A stretch of DNA of 64,000 bases, from contig NC_089433.1 in the NCBI RefSeq assembly GCF_026210795.1, positions 3,472,001 through 3,536,000 on the forward strand. Reading direction: 5' to 3'. This stretch comes from Rhizophagus irregularis (Eukaryota). Each line of letters starts with the position of its first letter. The stretch's first letter is position 1. This document shows positions 13,928 through 25,064 of the stretch, in pieces. A model generated the notes under the pieces. The model was not told the origin of the DNA. It ran no database searches and saw nothing but the letters and a program-made list of their open reading frames with translations. Both the position numbers and the translations under genes were made by a program.

Positions 13928-15199
13928 ATGATTTCATTCCAGGAATTCCCACCAAAATTACCTTTACATATATTACAAATAATTTTTTTTACTCTCTTTT
14001 CCACTTTCGTTGCGTTTTCATTAGAACCTCCGAAATCACTATTTAGATACTTTATCTTAATCAATATAATTGTATGTTTGTTAACACTTCCGATCATATA
14101 TCGAGGAAAATATGAGGAATATGAAATAGTTCCGTTAACATTATTGGCATTTGGTTGGAGCTTTAAAATGATGATTTGGTTAAAAAAATGTTTATACGCC
14201 GAGAAGGAGAAACAAATAGGTCCATTTTATTTGACTATGTTTTATTGGAGAAAATTGCCGGAAAAAACGAATAAAAGTCGAGAAATATCAATTAAAGACA
14301 TAAATATTTACATAATTAAGCGTATTATTATATTACTTTTTAAGTGGATTTTATTTGAAATATTATACAGATGGATAACAAATAATATTCCTGAAATACC
14401 TGAAGGGATTTACCCGGTTCGAATTTTCAACTGGATTACAAAAGGAATTCCAGCTTTAACACCTTTTTTATTATTTTATTACGCTGTAACTACATTTTTT
14501 GTCACAATCACGTTATCTTTAGGATACGATCTATTCCTTATTATAAATGGAATATTTTTAAGATTTCTTATCACTTTAAAAGATGAAAAAAGTATCTTCT
14601 TTTTCGAAAAACAGCATATGAAACATATTAAGGAATGGTGTATATCCATGATTTATGATACAAATCATATGTTTAGATATCCTTACTTATCAACATCTCC
14701 GCGAGATCTTTGGTCATTCAGATGGCAATTATTCTTAAACGAAAGTTTTAAAGAATTAGCTTATTTACCAGCTCGAAACCTTTTCATTAACAGATCAAAA
14801 AATTTTAGGGATGCGATCGGAGTTTTAGCAGCATTTACTATGAGTGCCATATTACACGAATATCTCATATTCGTTCTTTTTAATAAATTTTCATTTGATA
14901 ATTTTTTCTTCTTTACTTCACATGGAATTATTCTTGTTATTTGGGAAAGTATCTTTGGATCAATAAAAGAAAATGAAGAAAGTTCTTCTAAAAGAATTTT
15001 TTTAAGGTGGAGTATTATGATGATGATCATTTTATTCACTTTACCTGGATTTGTTGAACCATTTGTACGACATCCTCGTTGGGTTGCCTCATCTGTATTT
15101 TCAAGCTATACAAGAGATCCTTCTCACAATTTCAATTTTTCGAAATTTTTAAATTATGATATCAGATATTTTTCATCTTTTAAACCTTTAGAAACCTAA
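13928..15199 (+). CDS. Membrane-bound O-acyltransferase (MBOAT_2 / wax-synthase-like), single exon
   Basis: 423-aa multi-TM ORF with PYLSTSPRDLWSFRWQ and AFTMSAILHEY (catalytic His) motifs. Confidence 0.85.
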   Translation: MISFQEFPPKLPLHILQIIFFTLFSTFVAFSLEPPKSLFRYFILINIIVCLLTLPIIYRGKYEEYEIVPLTLLAFGWSFKMMIWLKKCLYAEKEKQIGPFYLTMFYWRKLPEKTNKSREISIKDINIYIIKRIIILLFKWILFEILYRWITNNIPEIPEGIYPVRIFNWITKGIPALTPFLLFYYAVTTFFVTITLSLGYDLFLIINGIFLRFLITLKDEKSIFFFEKQHMKHIKEWCISMIYDTNHMFRYPYLSTSPRDLWSFRWQLFLNESFKELAYLPARNLFINRSKNFRDAIGVLAAFTMSAILHEYLIFVLFNKFSFDNFFFFTSHGIILVIWESIFGSIKENEESSSKRIFLRWSIMMMIILFTLPGFVEPFVRHPRWVASSVFSSYTRDPSHNFNFSKFLNYDIRYFSSFKPLET

Positions 15200-18100
15200 A
15201 AAAAAAGTGAATTCTTAGAGGAAAGGATAGAAAGGAAATTTTTATATTTTTTAATCTTTAGAGGAAATTTTTTTATAAGTTAATATGACCGGTATTTTTA
15301 AGATCCTAAATTTTAAATTTGGACTTCACTTTGATTGTATATATTCAAACTCGTGATTTAATAATAATAAAACTAGGATAGTGTAATACTAAGAGATTAA
15401 TTGAGTGAAACAAACAAATCAAAATTTAAAAGTCAAAAATTGATTCAAATATGAAAAATTTTCCAAGATAAATAAATATCTAAAGATCATATTTATGAAA
15501 TTGACAGTAATTTATCAAAAACCATAAATTCCACAATAAATAAATTTAGCTATCACGATAAGTTATAACAATGGCTTTATAATAAATTTTATTTCGAATA
15601 AAATCACTGTTTTTTTTTTACTTAGAAATAGTTTAATACAGTATACGAACGTTATGACAGAATTAGTACAGTAAATGTAGTATCTAATATAAAAATATGG
15701 TGATAAAAGAGGGAAGAGTCTAATACATTGTTTCCACTTAAAAAAATGTACTAATTTTGTAATTATACATTTGCGACCTAAATAAAATACATTTGACCCA
15801 TCTAGTTTGTCTAAGTTTGGTTAAACCGGATTTATTTACTTATTAATATTACTATTTAAGGGTTAATAGGGAACAATAAATTTTATAAAAATAGGAGATA
15901 CAAAATTTAATTAGTCATCCCTAATTATGAATAAAATTGATAAAGGCATTAGTCACGTGTAATAAATTTTATTGAATGATTATCACGGGATTAAAAATAG
16001 GTAAAATGCTAGATGTCAAATATTATTGCGAAAATGGTATTGCTAAAGATTTGTATAATATGACTCAAAAAAAAATCACTAGGAACCAATCATCTAAAAT
16101 TCTAGAAATTTAATGATTAAATAATTTCCATTCATGATATAAATCGTCTGATTTTTCGAGCTTAATTTCGAAAAGCTTAAGATACACCATGTAACCATCT
16201 CAATGACCCTTGAAATGATATCCTTTTTTTAAAAAAAAAAATAATGAATAATTCTACGAAACTACTTGAACATTATAAATTCCTCGCGATTATATGTAAT
16301 CGGGTACGAACAAAATTAAGTTGTTAAACTTTTCTTATTCAAAATAAAATTAAACCAATAGATAATTAAATAAAGAGAATATAAAACCTACTTGAAATCC
16401 GTTCATTTACTTTTGACTGACAGACAAACAATTTTTTTTTATCGAAACTCAAAATAAATTTACTTATTAAATCCATATTTTATTCGTTCGTTAAAATTAA
16501 CAAAATGAAATATATCTGATTAAATAAAATCTCAAAATTTTAATCATTATCTCATTGTGATTCTTTTTCGGTAAACTTTTACATCATTTATTTACCTTAA
16601 ATAGTATCCAACTCAAGATTTTTTTGCTTCTAGCTATTCTTCTTGATAGCATTAATTTATATTTCTGGTTAGATCGGGCAAAATTTTGATCTATTAACAA
16701 CTTTTTTTAAAATAAATGGATTTGTATTACTGAACGGTTTATCAATTTAAATGAGCTAAGAAATTTTACATCCTATAGTAGAAAACTAGAAAAGTGGTAG
16801 TAATGCTGTAATAAAAGCATTTTTGGCAATAATTTCATCATTTTTTAACAAAAGTTAAGTGTTCAGATGTTGCTTTCTTCTCCCGATTTCATCCCGTGAA
16901 TAAACTTTAAGGTATCACTTTCCTGTATCAATTGTATCATTAAATTCTTTAAAATACATATTAATGTATTGTAGTATAATTAAAAATACATTTTTTTTAA
17001 TCATATCGCTTTTAAAAAATATGTTCCGCATTTCGAAATCAAAAACTATTCCTTATATTTTTTTGTTTTTTTTTCCGAAATAAATATAATCGAGAATGAA
17101 TAAGAGAAAAAACAGGGGCGTAAAATTATCATTATTTTTAAAAACTACGGCAGTTTTAAAATATTTATTAATAAATATAAATGTATATTTTTAGTAAAAA
17201 AAAAAAGAATTTATTCCAATGCAGTTGAATCATACAAAATTACATTAATTATGTTAAGAAAAAATATTTAATTCAGTATTTGGGAAACAATTTATAATAT
17301 AATAATAATAACTTGTAAAAGTTTAATTCAATTAAATTATTTACTTCGCGCGTTATTTTAAATTCAAATAAATCGGTTCATCTTAACAGTTAAATGTTTC
17401 AATGAAAAGGCCTACAATTATAGTCGCTAGATAAATATTTGAATTCGAACATTCAGTTCAATGATATACGTAATTTTTACTTCACCTCGGATTCAAAATC
17501 TTCACTTGTAAAATTTCCAATCAATTAAAATTTCGAAATTATCTTACTCAATTACAAACTGACTTTATTTATGTAAAAACAAAGTTACATATACTCTATA
17601 ATCAGTGATCAGTGTTGAGCAACAAGTAAATAAATATAAATGAAAAAATAAAAAATAAAAATAAATAAAATGTTAAATTCCGTAATATATCTAGTTAAAT
17701 TGAAATCAATTATAGAACAAAAAGCTTGATAACAAGTGGCTAATTTCAACTTAATTTATACTACATTACTTATAACATTCTAAATTTCATTCATTCATAA
17801 CTACAACATACAAAAAATAAAACCAATTAATACAATTATAGAATTGTTAACAAAAATCAAAACAGTACTTACTTTGTAAAATCAAATACTTCTACTGAAT
17901 TATTTCCAATATTGTCATCTTTTGGAAGGTCTTCTGTAAATGGATTAAGTAATCGTGATGTATAAAAAGCTTGTGGATGAGTAGTTAATCGTTTATTTTC
18001 GTCAAATGGTGTGAGATGTGATTTTCGGTATTCTTCTGTTTTTTTGAATTGTTTTTCAATTTCATAATGTTGTTGTTCTTTTTTAATTTTCACAATTCTT

Positions 18101-19680
18101 TTGAAAGCAAATTTATCATACTTATATGAACAGAAATATAGATCAATTAATTCAAGAATTTCGGTTATTTTTGGTCTATTGCCTGGATTTGAATCCCAAC
18201 ATTTTTTCATTAAATCAATAAAACATTTTGGCGCTTCTGACTCATTTATTTCAGGTCTAATTCCATTGCATATCTTTAATGCTAAAATCTTATCATGAGC
18301 ACAATCAGAAAAAGGCTGTTTTCCAGTTCCTACAAAATACATAATCATACCAAAACTATATATATCTGCTGCTTGAGTGTAAGGTTTTCCTTTTAACACT
18401 TCAGGAGCTACATAAGGCATAACTCCATAAATATTATTTTGGTTAACATCATCAGCTTTTCCACATAATCCCATATCTGAAACATATATACTATTATCAT
18501 TTAAATTATTAACATATAAAACATTTAATAATATATTTCCTGTATGAAAATCATTATGAACCAGTTGTTTTTGATGAATTTCTTCAAGACCTTTAATAAT
18601 ATTCCATAATGTTGTTAATTTATATGACCAATTAAAATTTCTATAATTTTTATATACCCAATGATCAAAATTTCCACCTTTTGCATAATCAAGAACCATT
18701 ATATAATCTTTTGTATTCGGACTTTGTGATATTCCGTAAATTTTAAGAACATTATTACCAGCATAATCATCATATTTCTTAATTGAATATGCTTTAACCT
18801 ATTAAATAATAAAAATTATCAATTAATAAATAACCGAAATAATTAAGTTGCAATATCTAAAATTCAAAAAAAATAATTTTACCTCATTTAAAAATTTATT
18901 TGAGATATTTTGTGAGTTATGCAAGCATTTTAAAGCGACTTTTTTATTCTGAATTCTTATATATTCATTACTACTATTATAATATAATGGACCATTCTTC
19001 CATATTGCTGAATATACTTTTGCAAAGCCACCCTGACCTACTTCTTTAATATTATCAAACTGACTGTATGGTACCGATTCAAATACTATATCATCATTTG
19101 AATTAATTCTTGATTGCATTTCTTGGATTAATTCGTCAATATTATCATTTCCACTTGTCCAGTTTGTTAATATTTTTTTATCCATTGTAATTGTACATTT
19201 TTCTTCACTATACTGAAAAACTATAACATAATCTTTTGTTTCTGGATGTTGTGATATTCCATATACTGGATATGCTTTAATCTATTAAAAGAAAAAAAAA
19301 ATAATATTTAAAAAAAATGAAATTTTGAATTGTATTAATAGAAGATTTAATACCTTATTTATGAATACATTAGTAATATTTTGTGAATTATATAAATATT
19401 TTAAAGTAACTTTTTTATTCTGAGTTCTTTTATATTCATGTATACTATAATCATAATATAACATCCCATTTTTCCATATTGCCGAATATACTTCAGCAGC
19501 AAAATCGCCTTCACCTATTTTTTTAATGTCATCAAGCTGACTATATGGTATCCATTCAAATACTATGTCATTATGTGAATTAATTTTTAATTGCATTTCT
19601 TGGATTAATTCATCGATTTTTTCACTTCCACTAAAAAGACTATATTGGCTATATTGACATATAATACACAACTTAATATA

Positions 19681-20369
19681 CACTCCCGCGCAATAAGTTT
19701 AGGACCACCTTATTTTTGTTTATATAAATAATGTTTTATTCTTATTTATATAAGTTTTTTTTTAAAAAAAATTCTTTACATTGTAATTTCTTGAATAAAT
19801 ATAAAAAATTATCATATTGATCTTTATAAATCATATAATACAAGGTTTTTTTCTCAATGACAAATTTTTAACTTTTCAACCAGAGTGATTACAACAAAAA
19901 TAAGTACAAAATTTAAATAGTTAGGTAAACATAAGATTATATTTCAAATTTCGTAAAGATCGAATCAGTAGTTATTGAGAAATTAACAATTAAGAATCGA
20001 CAATTTATATATTTGACCTAATAAATAAATGATTTTCATATATAAATTGTCGATCTTTAATTATTAATTTCTCGATAACTACTGACTCAATTTTCATGAA
20101 ATTTGGAATATAATTTTATTGTTAGCTAAACTATTAGAATTTTGTATTCATTTTACTGTAACTGCTTTAGTTAAAGAGTTAAAATTTTACTATTAAAAAA
20201 AAACTTTATTTTACATGATTTATAAATGCAAATATGGTAATTTTTTATGTTTATTCAAAAAATTATAACACAAATTTTTTTTTTAAAAAAAATAAATTAT
20301 ATAAATAAGAATAAAACTTTATTAATATAAACAAAAATAAGGTGGTCCTAAACTTATTGCGCGGGAGTG
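19681..20369. mobile_element. Tc1/mariner-type non-autonomous fold-back element (MITE) with TA target duplication
   Basis: Perfect terminal inverted repeat CACTCCCGCGCAATAAGTTTAGGACCACCTTATTTTTGTTTATAT, TA on both sides. Removing the element plus one TA restores the exon frame (NG-YIKLC). Confidence 0.95.
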
Positions 20370-22127
20370 TATCCATTTGTATATTTCCTATTACATTTTT
20401 CACAATATTCATCATCCTGAAAGATAACAATATAATCTTTTGTACCTGGAGCTTGAGATATCCCATATAATATACAGTCTGTATAACTCTTGTCCTATTG
20501 TTAAATGTGAAAAAAAATTGTTATTCAATTAGTTATGTTGAAAGTACTTAGTAACTAAGTTTATTAAGAAATTACACACCACATTCAGATATTCGTCAGT
20601 AATATTTTGTAAATTGCATAAACTTTTCAATTTTACTTCTTTATTCCTATTTTTGTTTCTTATATATTGGTCTTTACTATTATAATATGATGGGCCATTC
20701 TCCCATACTGCTGAATAAATTTTAGTAAAGTCATATACATCCATTTCCTTAATATTATTGAACAGATTATATGGTATCCATTCGAATACTATGCCATCAT
20801 AATCACTTTTTAATTGCATTTTTTGAATTAAATAGTCAATTTTTTCATTTTCATTAGCGTGAACTGTAAAATTTTTATTAAAATAATTTATTCGGCATAG
20901 TTTACACCATTTACCATATGTATATAGTCCACATTTTTTACAATATCCATCTTCAAGAACCATAATGTAATCTTTTGTATCTGAATCCTGAGATATTCCA
21001 TATATTTCACAATCTGAATAATTCTTAATCTATCAATTATGAAAAAAAATACTGTTTAAATTCATTCATTTATAATAAAATCTAATAATAAATTACATAC
21101 CTCATTCAGAATTTCATCAATATTATTTTGTGGATCACATAAATTTTTTAAGGTAATACTTTTATTTTGATTTAAATTTCTTACATATTTGTTTTCACCA
21201 TTATAATATGATGGACCATTCTTCCATACTGCTGAATAAATTTTACTAATAAAGTCACATTCATCCATTTCCTTAATATTATTGAATTGATCATATGATA
21301 TCCATTCAAACACTATATCATTATAATCATTTTTTAAATGCATTTCTTGGATTAAATTATCAATTTTTTTATTTTCATTAGCGCAGTCTGTAAAATTCTT
21401 TTTAATATAATTTATCTGACACGGTTTACAATTACCATATGTAGTAGTATGCAGTTCACAGTATTCACAATATTTATCTTCGAAAACCAATATATAATCA
21501 TTTGTATCTGAATTTTTAGAAATTCCATATATTTTACAATCAAAACTGTTTTTTATCTATTAAAGCAAAAAAGTTATTATCTAAAGAGTATTTGATTCGA
21601 ATTATAAAATTTCATACCTTATTAAATTCATTAATGATATTTTGTGAATCGCCGTAAATATATTTTAATACAACCTTTTCGTTCTGAATTCTTATATATT
21701 CGTTTTTATTATTGTCATATTGCAATAAACCTTCCTTCCATAATGCTGAGTATACTTTAGGAGAATCATCCCTACCCATTTTTTTAATATCGAACTGATT
21801 AAATGGTATCCATTCAAATATATCATAAGAGTCAATTTCGAATTGTATTTTTTGAATTATATTATCAATTGTTGCATCCCTACTATACCGTATTTTACAT
21901 GTTAAACACACTTTATGGAATTTATATTTTTGGTTACATTTTATACAATATGCATCTTCAAGAACAAGAATATAATCATTTGTATCTGGATTTTGAGATA
22001 TCCCAAATATTTTATTAACAGCGTAACTTTTAATTGAAAAAGATTTGATCTATTAAGGAATAAAAAAAAAATTTAATAATTATACAAAAAAAAAGTAGTT
22101 ATAACTTTATAGAAATCTCTTTATTTT

Positions 22128-22425
22128 AAACGATATCATTTCAATATCAAAATAATATCATTTTGATATCATTATGATATCGTCACAATATAGCTACTAT
22201 GCAATATCAAAATGATATTGAATAATATTTTAACAATATCGAAATTATATCGTAGTGATATTGTTAACGACATCGTTAAGATTATCTTAACGACCTTTGA
22301 TATTTATTATAAGATATCAAAACAATTTCGTTACAATATTACATTTATATCGTAACGATAAGTGATATCGTGATGATATTGTAATGAAATTGTTTTGATA
22401 TTGTTACAATGTCAAAATGGGGTTG
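22128..22425. repeat. Intronic insertion of degenerate ~11-bp periodic GATATC/AATATT-core repeats (probable transposon subterminal array)
   Basis: Absent from the 67-bp paralogous intron (8624-8690). Contains a 25/26 inverted repeat, 22314-22339 vs 22376-22401. Confidence 0.6.
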
Positions 22426-25064
22426 TTATGATGATCTTACGATATTGTTTGAATAATTTATAAGATTTCGTACCTCATCCGCAATATTTTGAGAACTAGA
22501 GACATATTTTAAAGCAATATTTTTATTTGGGAATCTCGTATATCCTTCTGCACTATATCTATAAAGCAATTGACCATTTTTCCATATTGCTAAACATAAT
22601 CTACTCATATTATTTCCTTTAATATCATCAAATTGGTTATATGGTATCCATTCAAATACAATATCACTATAGGAATTAATTTTTAATTGCATTTCTTGAA
22701 TTAATTTGTCAACTTCTTCATTTCCACTAGTCCAGTTTGTGAAATTTTCTCTTAAATGGTTTATTCGACATTTACACCATCTATAGTAATTACTATGGTC
22801 ATCATAGCCACATATTTTACATATCGCCATTGTACTATTCTGAAATTGTGATAGAAAGAAAAAACGAAAAATGTCAAATTAGCCAACATACCGTTAAAAA
22901 TTATTTGCATAAATACTATATTGTTGTGTGCCCGATCGTACATAAATGTACATATTCTATTTCCCAAAAATAGAAAATAAGAGGTCGATTATTTTAGAAA
23001 ATTTTTCTCGGATAAAAAATTTTTTTTTAATCACATAAAAATAAGTTTTCTTTATTTGTAACTAGTCATGCCCACAGCCAGCCTCTGGCTGGCCTTTACT
23101 AAGAGTATATTAAGGATTATAAATTTTGATGATTCAATTTGTTTTTAAAATGAAGTATTGTAAAATAAATAGAAATATTTATTTAGAAATTATATAATAA
23201 TATAATACATATTGACAATTTATACATGATGCCTTATATTAAATGTGAGAATATTTTTAGGGTAATTTTTAAAGATGATTTATACAAATTAAGATACGTT
23301 TACATGATTGTAGATGTACACTAATTGCTATATTTCATAATTTGATAGTTATAAAATTGGTAATAGTTGTGATGCTATTTGTTTTAGGTGAGTATATTCT
23401 CATATTTTATATTATATAAATAAAAAAATAATTGTAAATTTATCATTTATTCAATAAATCAATTAATGTAATTTTTTATCAGTAAAAAAAAGTACCGAAA
23501 TAAAAATAAAGGGAAATTTGTAGTTATCAAGAAATATGTACATTATAATAATATATAATGTTCAATAATTAAAGTTAATTTTTTTTTAATTTTTCTTGTT
23601 CTGGTTGAAATATTTGTTGGTTCCTCATCATTTTCACCATTATCTTCAATTTCTTTACATAATTAGTTGTAACTTTATGTATCAATTTCACAATAATTTA
23701 GAGAGTAGGAAAACTAATTTTTAAATGTAATTTAAATGCGTCTAGTTTTAATTTATTATAAAATGAACAACGTAAAACATTCATAAATTATGTGAACGGA
23801 AGAATTTGTATTTCAAAGTAATATTCATCACGAAAAAAATTTATTAAAATTCATCGCTTTAATAACTGTATATAAACTAATTATTACAATATCATAATAT
23901 ACAGAAATTTTTTCTTCATTCAGGTTTGAAATATTATTGTTAATAATGTATGTAGTTGAGTTATAGTTAAACCATTTACTTAATTGACATCTTTTGTTCT
24001 TAATATAATGGTACTTGACTTACTGAACTCTATGCTTTATTGAAAAAATTTGTCTAAACGTCATAGTATGAGTTAGATGCGATCGTAGTGATATCTTTTT
24101 AATGAAACATAAATATCTATATCACAAAATTTTAGAATTGGTTTTTATTTCTTAGCGATACAAGTATTTCAAGTATTTTGGTAATTTATCATCACTCTTT
24201 CATTAGTATGCGTAAAAAACGAAAGCGATGAAGAAACTATTCAGTCATAATTGGTGAGTTGGTGATATGTAATTTTCGCTTATTTAATTTATCTACTTAG
24301 TTTTTAATGTTTTATTATAATTATTCTCTTCAAGGATGTTGTTGCTATTCTTTTATTAGTATTTATTCTTTTATTAGTATTTTATTTTTTCATTGGATTG
24401 GCTTATTTTGTTAATTTCAGTTTTATGTTTATTTTTTTTTTATCGAAAGTTTTATTTTTTGTCTTCATTATAGTTAACAATCGTAGGTTATTTATTATAT
24501 ATATTTAACCATTCTATTTAATTGTTAAAGATAGTCCGCATCAAAAGATAAGATAGGTCATTAAAAATAAAATGTTGAGAAACATGAACAGGGAGAATTT
24601 TAAACTTAACTTGAACAAAAAGTTTAAACGTTATATAACTTACTGTTAAATTATGTCAATTGTCCAATATAATTTAATTTAAATCCAAAGAAGGTTCGGT
24701 TGAAACTATTTGTTGGAGAGCTTATGAACATTTGCACTAATATTTTTGCGTCATTGGTATGTTTAATAGTTACATAAAAAGCGTATTTTTTTTTGTATTT
24801 TATGAATCTCACTTAACAGATCACCAAACCTCACTAATAACAATAATACATATATGTGTGTATATATTCGCATTTAAGAGTTTCATTTATAAGCATATTA
24901 AATGCCTTATTATAAAAAGTAATTATAATCAATTATACATTATCATTAATTTAAATAAATTTAATAGATAATTTATTATTAAATAATTGTAAGACAAATT
25001 AAAAAAAAAAGTACAATAACATCTCGCATAATATAAAAAAAACTAGATTTTATAATACTTAAAA

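Larger units (their letters stand above)
17791..22830 (-). pseudogene. Paralogous tandem-module kinase (copy B, 6 modules); exon 5 interrupted by a MITE
   Basis: Exons at about 22830-22472, 22050-21618, 21557-21100, 21030-20580, 20495-19353 (MITE inside), 19281-18882, 18798-17872 and 17800-17791. In-frame reading into the MITE hits TAA (GGA TAC ACT CCC GCG CAA TAA). The catalytic exon is open, with HNDFHTGN. Confidence 0.8.
17373..24180. repeat. Second copy of a segmental duplication (first copy about 5205-10010)
   Basis: Homology extends beyond the kinase genes into the flanks: tcggttcatcttaa at about 5207 and 17373; the gaagaatttgtatttcaa...aatgaaacataaatat block at about 9700-10010 and 23800-24180. 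Confidence 0.85.

Noticed and set aside
19681..20369. MITE acting as a perfectly spliced introner
   Set aside because: The ends are not GT..AG on the coding strand, and an in-frame TAA precedes the first plausible internal donor.
23078..23103. GCCAGCC-TCT-GGCTGGC hairpin followed by CTAA as a Helitron 3' end
   Set aside because: No matching 5' TC end or A/T insertion site identifiable; too short to support.
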